44,303 bases of DNA from the NCBI RefSeq assembly GCF_004010195.1, contig NC_057720.1:11590103-11634405 (forward strand), read 5' to 3'. Below are positions 21,733 to 34,493 of the stretch, one piece after another. Made by a program: the position numbers and the translations under genes. The stretch's first letter is position 1, and every line of letters begins with the position of its first letter. The notes beneath the pieces were generated by a model. The model did not search any database. It worked only from the letters and a program-made list of their open reading frames with translations, and was not told the origin of the DNA. This DNA is from Chiloscyllium plagiosum. Taxonomy: Eukaryota.

Positions 21733-23249
21733 CTGTGGAAAACTCTATTGCATGGATATGATACAATGAAATAATTGCTGCTCTTGGGCTCCATTTTCTC
21801 TCTAATTACATGTTCTCTCATTGAACCTAGTTTTCGAGTTTCGTTGCTGCCCAACAATAATGGCTTGTTCATCCTCTTTCTTTTGGTAGAGTGATATTCT
21901 CAAGATAACTGACGTGATATTAAAATCGCAATTCGTCTTCAGGCTCCACACTCCTAGATTCCTTCCATTTGGAACCAGCTAATCCTTTTCTGCACACCCA
22001 CACCATTCCTTCATTCACAGGATTTCAGGAATGGGGAACAAGAGGACATTCAGCCCCTTCTGGCCTGCTACACCATTGTATTGATCACAGTGGATTCATT
22101 TACCTCCCTCTGTTCTAAAGCCTTGACAGCCTAATCTCACCAAACACTAGGCCCTGAAAGTTTCTGTGGGCTCAGTCTTTGGGACCAGAAGGGTACAGAT
22201 TTCCACACATGGCAAGAAAACGACCTTCCTTAAATTTAAGATAGTGCCTTCTCGTTCAGGATTTCATTGTTAGGATTCCCATTATCTGCCTGAGGAATAG
22301 TTCACTAAGACCTTTCAGGGCTATAGTCTTTAACATGTCCACACTGAGCAACCTAACATTGCTGTGGGTTTGAAGGCTCTTCTGAAATGGCCAGCGAGAC
22401 AGCATTGTTCAGAAGGCAGCCCAACGTCACCTGCTAAAAGGCAATTCGGAATCTGGAATAAATGATAGCTGGACCAGTGACACTCTCAAAACCTGATTAA
22501 ATGGAACAAAAAAAGTGGCAATCAAACCCTATCATCATCATAAACTTTACCTCAAGGAGATCAACCCTCTCAACCTAAAGGAACACAAATCAATTTACTG
22601 TATCACCTCATAATTTAACCCTTTAGACCCTCGATAACTTTGCTGCATCTGTACTGTACCACTTTAATAGCCAGTACATTCTTCCTGAGGTTCACTATTC
22701 AGAACTGATGGTAATACTCCAAGTGGAGTTTGAGATAAACCACTGCCTCCTCGCATTTGTTTTCTATATCTCTTGAGATAAAAGCCAACATTCCATTTGC
22801 CTGCATGGTTACATTCTGCATTTTTGTACGAGTTTTTCTGATTTATAGAAACGGAAATCTAAATCCCTTTGTTCGTCCACAGCTCCTAGTCTCTAACCAT
22901 GAAGACAATATTCCAATCTGTCTTCATTCGACTGAAACTGGATGACTTCACATTGTCTGCTGTCAACTCAGAACCCGGCAACATCCTGCTCATGTCAACA
23001 CAACTTTCTGTGATCTGCAAATGTGAATACACAACACATTATTTTACATTCAAGTCATGAACAAACAAGGTGAAAAGTTGTTACCCTGGTCAGATGTCAC
23101 ATGGATCCAAACCAGATAGTGAAACATGAAACTATACACAGGTTCTTTTCCTGATTGGATTATTCACAGAATACAGTATTACACCTCTCTACCTGCAACC
23201 AACCAATGGTCAACTGCCCAAGCTGTTTCTCCTTACAGGTACTTTTAAG

Positions 23250-23540
23250 TAATCTGTTCATGGATTTTGTGAGACACCTCTGAAGCAGGTGGGACTCAAA
23301 CCCAGGCTTCCTGGCTCAGAGGTACGAACACTACCATGGCACCACAAGCACCTACCGTCTCTCCATATCTTTTATGCAAATTAAGAAATTAAGGAGTGGC
23401 AGTCCCTTGAACAGGAAGCACTCCTATATGCTGTTTTTTTTAAACTGATGAGCAACAAATGACCTAAGAGACAGGGGTTCAAGTCCCACCTGTTCCAGAG
23501 GTTTATAATGATATTTCTGAACAGGTTGATTAGAAAATAG
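23250..23540. repeat. Inverted pair of the short tRNA-derived element
   Basis: Minus copy at about 23250-23352 and 5'-decayed plus copy at about 23455-23540; another minus copy at about 24660-24756. Confidence 0.7.
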
Positions 23541-23604
23541 TTTTTGAACAGTTCCTTGGAGCTCAGAATCAATACATAAAAACTTACAAGGAAATTTAAT
23601 CACT

Positions 23605-24170
23605 GAGTCATAGAGTCAAACAGCACAGAAACAGACCCTTCGATCCAACCAGTCCATGCTGAACATATTCCCAAACTAAACTAGACCCACCTGCCTGCTC
23701 TTGGCCCATATACCTCCAAACCTTTCCTGTCCATGTACTTATCCAAATGTCTTTTAAACATTGTTAATTGTACCCACATCCACCATTTCCTTAGGAAGTT
23801 CATCCCACATGGGAACCACCTTGTGTAAAATAAATTGTCCCCTCGTGTCTTTTCTAAATCTTTCTTACCTTAAAAATGTGCCCTCCAGTCTTGAAATTCC
23901 TCAGCATAGGGAAAAGACAAGTACTATTAACTCTATCTGTACACCTCATTATTTTATAAACTTCTATAAGCCAGCCTCTCAACCTCCTACGCTCCAGTGA
24001 AAAAGGTCGCAGCCTATCCAGCTAAGTCAAACCTTGTGTAACTGGCAACCTCTTCTGAGCCCTCTCTTGCTTAATAATATCCTTCCTATAACTGGGCAAC
24101 CAGGATTGGACACAAATTTGCAGAAGAGGCCTCACCAATGTCCTGTACAATCTCAACCTGACTTCCGAAC
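23605..24170 (-). mobile_element. CR1/HER1 3' fragment
   Basis: gagtcatagagtc...gaaacagacccttcgatccaaccagtccatgc tail and RT-tail remnants. Confidence 0.85.
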
Positions 24171-24270
24171 TCTTATATTAAGTAACGCTCCCAGGATCGG
24201 TACACTCAAACCCCTGTGGTTCCCACCAGTCAATGAAGCCCGAAAGCATACTGCTGGGCCCTGCGCATAC

Positions 24271-24296
24271 CTTCTCCAGAGATTCCTGGTCACGGA
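24271..24296 (-). CDS. Candidate 26-nt micro-exon (SVTRNLWR, or xRDQESLEK in the other frame)
   Basis: Acceptor cttgcccctcacccctggttcag|, donor GAAG|gtatgc; either frame can be joined in phase to the next exon, depending on which acceptor that exon uses. Confidence 0.5.
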
Positions 24297-25954
24297 CTGA
24301 ACCAGGGGTGAGGGGCAAGCAGCTGGGTCAAAAGACTGCCTCAGCTGCACTCCCCTTTTCATACTCTTTCCAGAAAAAAAGACATCAAAACAAAATGCAC
24401 CGTCGACAACTCCAGAAAGGTGAACAATAGCAAAAAATCAAATTGTAAAAGGAAAATTAGCACATTTAAATGAAATGATGGCCTTGCATTTCTCAGGGGA
24501 GGGAACGAGAGAGGATGATGCATTCTAATCTCTGGCCAATGGGCACTTGTCGTCTCTCTTAAGGACCACTGCACGTGGATACAAATACAGATGAGGGAGA
24601 GGAATTGGGTAGAACAATCGCATAGCCAATTGCAGGCGTTGTGTTTTTAAGAGATAGTTTAATAAACCTGCTCAGTAATGTTATTACACCCCTCTGGAAC
24701 ACGTGGGACTTGAACCCATGTCTCCTGGTCGGACTCTACTACTGTGCCACAAGAAGTCAACCAAAAGTCACCATCTGTTTTATTTTTACCTTAACAATAT
24801 AATTAATGTAACATTAACAGAGCTATAGTAAAACAAAGAACTAATGGATGTTAGAAATCTGAAACAAAAATAGAAATTGCTAAATAAACACCCCATGGAA
24901 CACATTTTGTCACATTTTCCCAAGGGTAGGAACTCCACGACTAATTGCCAATGTATATCACCCATCTCTTCATTTCTGGGCACGCTTACCTTTTGGTGCA
25001 GAACTTTACTAGTTGCTTTTTGGAAGTCCAAAACAGACAACCCAGAGATCTCATTACCTACCATGCTCGGGACCCAGATACTTCTAGCTGATCTCACAAG
25101 CCTCATACACAATCAGACGGTGAGTGAACTCCCATTTTCGTGGTACAACCTAATTCCCTCAGGAAAGCCCTGATAATTATCTCTCTCACACACACAAAAG
25201 TTAGTGCTATTTTAATGTGGGAGGCAAACAAAAACTGTCCACATTCTGGGTGTCAAAGTAAGACAGCGGTTTCCATGTGGACATGGATCTAGCAGGGAAA
25301 GGGCTATTTACTGCTGGTGATAGCGTTTGTCAATCACAGGATTTCTCTCCAACTAAATATTGTGAAGATGAAAGCCATTGTCCATGACTCATCATAAATG
25401 CTATTCCCTTGCCATTGACTCCAGGTCACTCCTGAGGCTGACAGAGATCATTAACAACACTGAGGTCTTAATGGACCCAAATCTGAGCTTCCAACACCTT
25501 AGCCATCCCATCTACAAGACCATTTATGTCCACCTCATAACATCTCGGCCCTTTACTCAGCTCATCATCTATTAAAGTATTTATGGTTTTGCCAGCCCAG
25601 GATTGGACTCCTGTGCACTACCCTCCTGACCAGCATCCCAACCTTCACTCCATTTTAATCCTGAGATCACTGCCTTTACTCTCAATCCCTCATGCATCAC
25701 TTCTTGCTTGCTGACCCACATGTGCACCTTGCCTGACAACACAAAGCATTTTAACATTCCCATCCTTGTCTTCATGTTCCCCCATGGGCCTCACCCCTCC
25801 CTAACTCTGCAGTCTCTTGTAGTCCCAGAGCTTCAGAGGTATCTGAGCCGCTCCCATTCTGGCCCTTTGCATGGCTCCAATTCCCACCAATATACAGCTG
25901 TGCCTTCAGCTACCTTGGCTCTGAAATTCTAATGAACCGTTATCTGTACCATGT

Positions 25955-26570
25955 ACAGTCACAGAGTCATAGAGATGTACAGCACGGAAACAGACCCTTT
26001 GTTCCAACCCGTCCATGCCAACCAGATATCCCAACCCAATCTCATCCCACCTGCCAGCACTTGGCCCATATCCCTCCAAACCCTTCCTATTTATATACCC
26101 ATCCAGATGCCTTTTAAATGGGAAGCACGGTGGCACAGTGGTTAGCGCTTCTGCCTCACAGCGCCAGAGACCCGTGTTCAAGTCCTGCCTCAGGCGACTG
26201 TCTGTGTGGAGTTTGCACATTCTCCCTGTGTCTGTGTGGGTTTCCTCAGGGTGCTCCGGTTACTCCCCACAATCCAAAAATGTGCAGGTTAGGTGAACTG
26301 GCCATGGCAAATTGCCCGTAGTGTTAGGTGAAGGGGGAAATGTAGGGGAAAGGGTCTGGGTGGGTTGCTCTTTGGAGGGTCAGTGTGGACGTGTTGGGCC
26401 AAGGGCCTGTTTCCACACTGTAAGTAATCTAATATAATCGAAAAGAAAAATGTACCAGCCTCCACCAGTTCCTCTGGCAGTTCATTCTGTACATGTACCA
26501 TCCTCTGTATGAAAAAGTTGCCCATTAGGTCTCTTTTATATCTCTTCCCTCTCACCCGAAACCTATGATA
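25955..26570 (-). mobile_element. HER1/CR1 3' fragment with an HE1 SINE nested in it
   Basis: FKRHLDGYINRKGLEGYGPSAGRWD and YKRDLMGNFFIQRMVHVQNELPEE lie either side of the SINE; close to the copy at 43482-43831. Confidence 0.85.
26120..26440 (+). mobile_element. Full-length HE1-type V-SINE
   Basis: A box ggtggcacagtggttagc, B box gtgttcaagtcc, V-domain and CR1-like tail gggcctgtttccacactgtaagtaatctaat. Confidence 0.9.
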
Positions 26571-27079
26571 GTGTGCTTTTTATGAGAGCTTTCCCCATAT
26601 TACTGCATTGACTAGTTGCAAAAATACTTCGATGGCTGAAAAGCTCTTTTTGATATGCTGAGGCTGTGAGAGGTACTATGCAAATACAAGTCCTTCTGTT
26701 AATGGAGATTTCGATAGTACGAGACAGTCAAGAATGAAAAGAATAGGATTAGAGCAGACAGCTGGGTGAGAGAGTTCTCACCAAACCTCAGCTTCAAACT
26801 TAATATGTTCTGCCTTTTCTCTGCTTTCATTTTTTTCTACAATAAGAATAGAACTCAAAAGCAGAGAGATTATGTTAAAATGTGTTAGACCACACAGAGC
26901 GGTGTGAGAGTGCTGCGCACAGTTGTGGTCTTCACATTACAAAATGTATGTTAAAACCACGTGGAAAGGACAAAGAGGACTTCAAGAATGATAGCAGAGC
27001 CAACAGGGTATACACCTATCTGAACAGGCTGTCGCCTTTTTGTCCAGAAAAGGGAAGACTGACCCAATAAATGCCTAAG

Positions 27080-27590
27080 TTCATGCTCGCTGGTGACAGC
27101 ACAATATTCGGCACCATTCACAATTCCTCAGATTCTCAATCAGGCCGTGTCTATATCCAGCAAGACCTGAACAACCTTTGCAATTCAGCTGACAGGTGGC
27201 AATTAACAGTCATGCCACTTAAGATCCAGACAATGGTCATCTCCACCGAGAAAGAATCTAACCTACACCCCTTCACGATTAATTGGATTATCATTACTGA
27301 ATAACCCATTATCAATATCCTGATTCAGAAACTGAGCTGCAACAGTTTTCTAAATACAGGGGCGACAAGACCATTTCAGAAGCTAGTAATTCTGCAATAA
27401 GTAATTTACCTCTTGACTCTCCAAACCTATCCATCACCTTCAGGGTACAGGTCAGGAGTGTACTAATATGCACTCAGGTACAAGTCAGAAAGACACTGTA
27501 ACACCATCTTCAAGGGTAATTGGGGACAGACAATAATAGTTGGTGTTGCCAGCAATGCCTACATCCCATGACAGAATAAACGAAAAATAA
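27080..27590 (+). mobile_element. L2-like LINE RT fragment
   Basis: MLAGDSTIF (decayed FADD)...IQQDLNNLCNSADRWQLT. Confidence 0.65.
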
Positions 27591-27977
27591 TAAAGGGGTT
27601 TAATAAGGGGTAGACATCGAGACAATACTTTCACATTATCATGAGGAAACCCAATAAGAAATTCAGAAAACCCCCGTTTTCTACAGAGTAGATCGAATGC
27701 GGAAGCTAATACCACAAGGTGCAGCTCAGGCAAATAGTGTAATGTAGCGGGGAATCAAGATATATGCAAAATTGTTCAACATTTCACAGGGTAGGTATGG
27801 AGATGTTGTTACCCCTTCGAAAAGAGGCCAGGATCAAAGGGTGTAATCTCAGAATAAAGGATTTAAGACAGAGATGAGGAGGAATTTCTCAGAGTGGTGA
27901 ATCTGTGGCATTCTTCACTGCTGTTGAGCCAAGTTGTTAAGTATATTAAAGGCTGAGATAGACATTTTTAATCAGTA

Positions 27978-28187
27978 GGAGAAAGTGAGGACTGCAGATG
28001 CTGGAGATCAGAGCAGAAAAATGTGTTGCTGGAAAAGCGCAGCAGGTCAGGCAGCATCCAAGAAGCAGGAGAATCAACGTTTTGGGCATAAGGGCTGAAG
28101 AAGGGCTTAGGCCCGAAACGTCAATTCTCCTGCTCCTTGAATGCTGCCTGACCTGCTGCGCTTTTCCAGCAACACATTTTTCAGCTT
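27978..28187. mobile_element. Palindromic family A PLE element inside a CR1 tail (about 27780-28330)
   Basis: Inverted arms; CTGAAGA-A-GGGC ttag GCCC-GAAA-CGTC at 28095; TSD catttttaat(c/t)agta (27963-27977, 28188-28202). Confidence 0.85.
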
Positions 28188-30729
28188 CATTTTTAATTAG
28201 TAACGAGGGTGATAGGAAAAAGGCAGGAAAGTGGTGTCGAGTATTATCTGATCAGTGATGATCCCAGTGAATGATGCAGCAGACTTGATGGGATGAACGG
28301 CTTACCTCTGATCCCATGTCTTATGGTCTATAAATATGAGAAAGAGAAGAACAGGCGATGCCAGTGGGGTTTGATGAAATGATGTGGGTAGAGGTTCACG
28401 GTGACCATAAACTAGTAGAGATCAGTTGGGCCGAACAGCCTAAGGTTTCTGCACAGTAACTCTCAGTAGCTGTGCTTTCACAAGCAGCATCTTTAATGGT
28501 ACGGAGTGATAAGTTCGCAAGAGAAAACACATGGGATTATCTCCCCTGCATAAATAACATTTGCTGCCAAGCCAATCTTCATAGTCATCACACTGAAGAT
28601 TGGAAGCAGTCTGGTCTGTCCTCACAGTGGCAGACAGCACTGTCATGAAGCTGTCTTATAGGTCCCAGTGCTACTTTAAATATCCCCTGGCTGCGATGAC
28701 AGTGAAAGGTGCAGTTAATCATCCCGCCATATTATGCATTCTACTCCCCGACAGAAATCCTCCAACACAAAATTGAGCAGAATCCCTGTTGGCACCAAAT
28801 GGAGTATCACATCATTCTTTAAACCAAGCAATCTCAACCAAATTGTGTGTCCTACTGTCTCCTAACTAACTGATTTTTTTTAAAAAAAGGCACAGTTAGA
28901 TGCAAATCAGGTTTTTGCATCAGCAGCACATTTCTCTTATTCTCTCTCATCTATACCCTCATTGCTTTTTAAGATTGCAAAAAAAACCCCCCCCGAGGCC
29001 TTTATCCTGAAGCAGATTAGTGATGAGGACGACTCCTGTAAATCTCAAAGGACAGTAATAGTGGCAAGCTGGGCGATACAGATTGTCATCACTGCTTTAT
29101 ACATACATACAATCACTTCATAATCGCAAAGATGGTATTTCTGGTACTTTCAGGACTGGGGGATTTTTAAAAAGCACAGCTCAAAGGGAATCCAGGATCA
29201 ATTCCTTTATGTAAAGGGCTGGGAGGAGGGGGACTAACTAAAGAAAAAGGGGAGAGTGAAAGATCGGGAGAGTAGCAGGAAAAGTAAGGATGAGAACAAC
29301 CAGATTAGTCTGATGGGTGTGAACAGCCCAAGAGGTCACGGTGTCTTGGTTCCATTGAAACTAACATTGCTGAGTGCAATACCTAACCCTCTAGCAGAAC
29401 AATGGGGCTGTCAGTCAACAAATCCAATAGCCCTGCCAACAACCTTAGCTTTAATGAAGGAGGGTAGTTGTAATGTGCATTTGGCATAATACATTTCCTC
29501 ACTGCAGTCGGAGTGCTAACATTAGTATCCCCGAGACACCTGACTTGCTTTGATTTTTGGATCTTTCCATGTGCAAATTGTTGCCGCCTTTCGACATTAA
29601 CCCAGCGATTATGTTTCAAAAGTGTTTATTGGCTGCAAGGTGCATTGGGGTGCCCTAAGATCTTGAGAAGTACTATACAAATGCAAAATCCAGTTTTTAT
29701 TCCGGGACGAAGGGATACGAGGTAGGAACCAGCTTGGCTGATTAGATTTCCATCTCTCTTCACTTCCAAGAATGCAATCCTAATATTAAAAATGATCAAA
29801 CCCAAATGAATAAGAATCCAGCTGTGATATCCCTCATTAGTTACTCTTCCACCTCTGCCCTCAGTTTTTCTGTCTATTAATCTGGTTATCTGGCTCCGCA
29901 TCACACAGCGCCGGAGAAAAGTGTGGGAGGGTTCAGTGTCGAATAAACATTCAGGTGCCCTTGTGAATGCTGCAGATTGGGCGAGTGACCTTGCACTGAG
30001 ATGAGCAATAACGAGTATGGGAATAAGGGAAAAAGAAAACCTTTTATCATCCATCCTGCCCTTCCTGAGGCAACAATCACCCATCAACATTTCAACAACA
30101 AGCCTGCCTGAAAGTTTACAGAACTATGGCAGTGAGCCATCAAATCCCAGCGATTTACACATCTATCTTTTGAAATGTCAAATGGCTTACATTATAGAGG
30201 GTCCCAAAACCCTGCCCAGCAACTCCTGAACTCTGCTGGGATTTATGTTATGGACATGCATTTAACTCTGCCTTTGACGGTCAGGTCTACAGACTTATAA
30301 ATTAAAGAAATGCTATTCTGACACAATTTGTATAATTGCATGTTCCGTATTATTTCTACTTTAATTCACCATGCTTTTTGCCATCTAAATGCATCTTATT
30401 AAAATGGTGATGGAATACAACATTCCAGAGATTTCCAAAGTCTGTTCAGTTCCCACCAGAGTGACTCAGGAGGTAGCACTTGGTGTCAAAAGGCTCTGGG
30501 TTCCAGGGACTGGGGCAGGGAGCTAAAGCAGACCCCAACAGCAGGGGTCCTCATGGGTTGGGGATTGGGGTTCTGGGCAAGGAACTGCACTGTGTTTATT
30601 ATTTCTGTCCATGCTCCTACTGTCCTTGCTAGACCAACACTGCAGTGCACCACCAAGGATCTGCTGCCCTATCAGAATGCTGTCTTTTGGAAGAGATAGT
30701 AAACCATATTGCCCCATCTTACCATTTAA

Positions 30730-31335
30730 GTAGATTTGATTTGATTTATTATTGTTACATGTACCAAGATACAGTGATAAGTATTGTTCTGTGTTAACCC
30801 CGGAAATCATACCTTACATAAGTATATCAGGGTTATAGTGTTACAATGATAGAGAAGGTGCAGAGAAAGATCAACTTTAATATATGAGAGGTTCGTTCAC
30901 AGTCTAATAACAGCAAGGAAGAAGCTGTTCCTGAATCTGTTGGTACATGTTTTCAAAGTTTTATATCGTCTACCCTATGGAAGAGAGTATAACAGGGAGT
31001 GGGAGAGGCCTTTGATTATGCTGGCTGCTTTCCCGAGGCAGGAGTCAATGGATGGAAGGCTGGTTTGCGTGATGAACTGGGCTGCATTCACAAATCTCTG
31101 TAGTTTCTTGTGGTTTTGGGCAGGGCAGTTGTCATAACGAGCTGTGATACATCCAGACAGGATGCTTTCTAAGGTGCATCTCTAAAAATCGTTAAGTGTC
31201 AGTGTGGTCATACTGAATTTCCTTAGCCTCCTGAGGAAGTAGAGGCGTTGGTGTGCTTTCTTGACTGTAGTGTCGACATAGATGGACCAGGATAGACTGT
31301 TGGTGATATTTATTCCAAGGAACTTGAAGCTCTAA
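30730..31335 (-). mobile_element. Rex1/Babar-like LINE 3' fragment
   Basis: gatttgatttgatttatt tail, gaagctgttcctgaatctg and minus-strand AHQRLYFLRRLRKF remnant; related to 43020-43480. Confidence 0.65.
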
Positions 31336-31516
31336 GATTCAACAGAACTATTTCAAAAAAAAAGCAGGTGGGGTGTAATGACAATGTCATGTACTGAGTA
31401 ACCCAGAACCCCAAGCGAACATTCTGGGGACGTACAGTTGAATTCCACCTTAGCCAATAATGAAGTTTGAATTACAGAAAAATCTGGCCTAATCGTGTGT
31501 CTGGTTGAAATCAACT

Positions 31517-31708
31517 AGGAAAAAGTAAGGACTGCAGATGCTGGAGATCATAGTCGAGAGTGCACTGCTGGAAAAGCACAGCAGGTCAGGCAGCATCTGA
31601 GGAGCAGGAGATTGTCCTACTCCTCAGATGCTGCCTGACCTGCTGTGCTTTTCCAGCACCACTCTAACCTAAACTCTGGTTTCCAGCGTCTGCAGTCCTC
31701 ACTTTTGC
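31517..31708. mobile_element. PLE-derived palindrome without hammerhead centre, nested in a SINE (about 31370-31900)
   Basis: Arms aaagtaaggactgcagatgctgga...gaggagcagga and tcctactcctc...ccagcgtctgcagtcctcacttt. Confidence 0.75.
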
Positions 31709-32047
31709 AAAGTTTCGGGCTAGAGCCCATCCCCACCTGGTTCCCAATGTCTTTTAGGAAAGGAAACTTCAATCTGTACCTGGTCTGGCCTACATGTGAC
31801 TTCAGACCCACAGCAATGCTGTTGACTCTTAACTGCCCTCTGGGCAATTAGGAATGAGCAATAAATATTTGCCTAGCTAGCAGAGCCTGCACCCATGAAT
31901 TCTCTAAAGCACTGCAGTCACCCCCAGAGTGTTACCAACTTTAACTGGACAGATTCCAGGAGGGGATATCACGTGATTGCCCATCTCCGACTAGCCTAAT
32001 CCACTTTACCACATTGGTCACCTGATGTTAAAAAAAAACAGCATTGG

Positions 32048-32195
32048 CTGGAAGTCTGAAACAAAGTCAGGAAATGCTGGAGAAACTCTGTCAGCATCAG
32101 TGCAGAGAGAAACTGAGTTAACGTTTCAATGTATGACATTTCTCTCCACAGATTCTGCCCAAACTGTGAAGTTTCTTCAGTATTTGGGTTTGGTC
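32048..32195. mobile_element. Decayed family B palindrome
   Basis: aaatgctggagaaactc...gagagaaactgagttaacgtttc followed by inverted tttctctccacagat...gtttcttcagtattt. Confidence 0.55.
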
Positions 32196-32649
32196 CTCTG
32201 ACATGTGGCATGTAGGCCGTCCCAGGTATGGGAAACAAACAGAGTCCTGGATGCAAGGTTGGAGGGCAATGCAAGGACAACAGAGCTCAGGAATGGCAGG
32301 GGGGTGCGGAGTGCATCAGAGAGACCTAACTTGGAGGTGACAACTATTAGGTTCAATGTTTCATCCACACCATTAAGGATATAGAACATAGAACATTACA
32401 GCGCAGTACAGGCCCTTCGTCCCTCGATGGTGCGCCGACCTGTCATACCAATCTGAAGCCCATCTTACCTACACTATTCCATGTACGTCCATATGCTTGT
32501 CCAATGACGACTTAAATGTACTTAAAGTTGGCAAATCTACTACCGTTGCAGGCAAAGCATTCCATACCCTTACTACTCTCTGAGTAAAGAAACTACCTCT
32601 GACATCTGTCCTATAGCTATCACCCCTCAATTTAAAGCTATGCCCCCTC

Positions 32650-32741
32650 NNNNNNNNNNNNNNNNNNNNNNNNNNNNNNNNNNNNNNNNNNNNNNNNNNN
32701 NNNNNNNNNNNNNNNNNNNNNNNNNNNNNNNNNNNNNNNNN
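32650..32741. other. Assembly gap (N run)
   Basis: Run of N inside the CR1. Confidence 0.99.
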
Positions 32742-34493
32742 CTCATGGTTCCGGAACTCGATCCCTCTATTAATAAAAGCTAAAACACTGTATGCCTTCT
32801 TAACAGCCCTGTCAACCTGGGTGGCAACTTTCAAGGATCTGTGTACTTGGACACCGAGATCTCTCTGCTCATCTACACTACCAAGAAACTTACCATTAGC
32901 CCAGTACTTTGCATTCCACTTACTCCGACCAAAGTGAATCACCTCACATTTGTCCGTATTAAACTCCATTTGCCACCATTCAGCCCAGCTCTGCAGCTTA
33001 TCAATGTTTCTCTGTAACCGACAGCAGCCTTCGTCATTATCCAAAACTCCACCAACCTTAGTGTCGTCTGCAACTTTACCTACCACACCCTCATCCAGGT
33101 TGTTTATAAAAATGACAAACAGCAGTGGACCCAACACTTCCCCTTGCGGTACACCACCAGTAACTGGACGCCAGAATGAACATTTCCCATCAACCACCAC
33201 CCTCTGTCTTCTTTCAGCAAGCCAATTACTGATCCAAACTGCTACATCTACCACAATCCCATTCCTCCACATTTTGTACAATAGCCTACTGTGGGGAACC
33301 TTATCGAATGCCTTGCTGAAATCCGTATACACCACATCAACCGTTTACTCTCATCTAACTGTTTGGTCACCTTCTCAAAGAACTCAATAAGGTTTGTGAG
33401 GCATGACCTACCCTTCACAAAACTGTGCTGACTATCCCTAATCAAATTATTCTTTTCTAGATTATTATAAATCCTATCTCTTGTAACCTTTTCCAACACT
33501 TTACCAACAACTGATGTAAGGTTCACTGGTCTATAATTACCTGGGTTGTCTCTACTTCCCTTCTTGAACAGAGGAACCATATTTGCTATCCTCCAGTCTC
33601 TGGCACTATTCGTGTAGACAATGATGATTTAAAGATCAATGCCAAAGGCTCGGTAACCTCCTCCCTGGCTTCCCAGAGGATCCTAGGATAAATCCCATCC
33701 TGCCATGGGGACTTATCTATTTTCACACTCTGCAGGATTTTTAATACCTCTTCCTTGTGAACCTCAATCCCACCCCCAGTCTAGGAGCTTGTATCTCAGT
33801 ATTCTACTCGACAACATTGTCATTTTCTAGAGTGAATACTGTCAAAAAATATTCATTAAGTGCTTCCCCTATCTCCTCTGACTCCACACACAACTTCCCA
33901 CTACTATCCTTGATTGGCCCTAATCTTACTCTCATCATTCTTTTATTCCTTAAATAACTATAGAAAGCCTTAGGGTTTACCCTGATCCTATCCGCCAACA
34001 ACTTCTCATGTCCCCTCCTGCTCTTCTGAGTTCTCTCTTTAGGTCTTTCCTGGCTACCTTGTAACCCTCAAGCGCGCTAACTGAGCCTTCACATCTCATC
34101 CTAACATAAGCCTTCTTCTTCCTCTTGACCAGAGATTCCACTTCCTTCGTAAACCATGGCTCTTGCGATCTACAGCTTCCTCCCCACCTGACAGGTACAT
34201 ACTTATCTAGGACACTCAGGAGCTTTTCCTTGAATAAGCTCCACATTTCTAATGTGCCCATCCCCTGCAGTTTCCTTCCCCATCCTATGCTTCCTAAATC
34301 TTGCCTAATCCGATCATAATTGCCTTTCCCCTAGCTGTCACTCTTGCCCAGTGGTATACACCTATCCCTTTCTATCACTAAAGTAAACATAACAGAATTG
34401 TGATCGCTATCACCAAAGTGCTCACCCACTTCCAAGTCTAACACCTGGCCGGGCTCATTACCCAGTACCAAATCTAATTGCCCCTTGTTGGCC

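Noticed and set aside
24225..24256. cagtcaatgaagcccgaaagcatactg as a hammerhead-like motif
   Set aside because: Lacks the CUGANGA core and a stem II.
1428..28258. Recurring ORFs such as MCCWKSAAGQAAS and MPETSILLLLGCCLTCCAFPA, resembling a cysteine-rich peptide family
   Set aside because: They are translations of the PLE terminal repeat on both strands, with frames breaking freely between copies.
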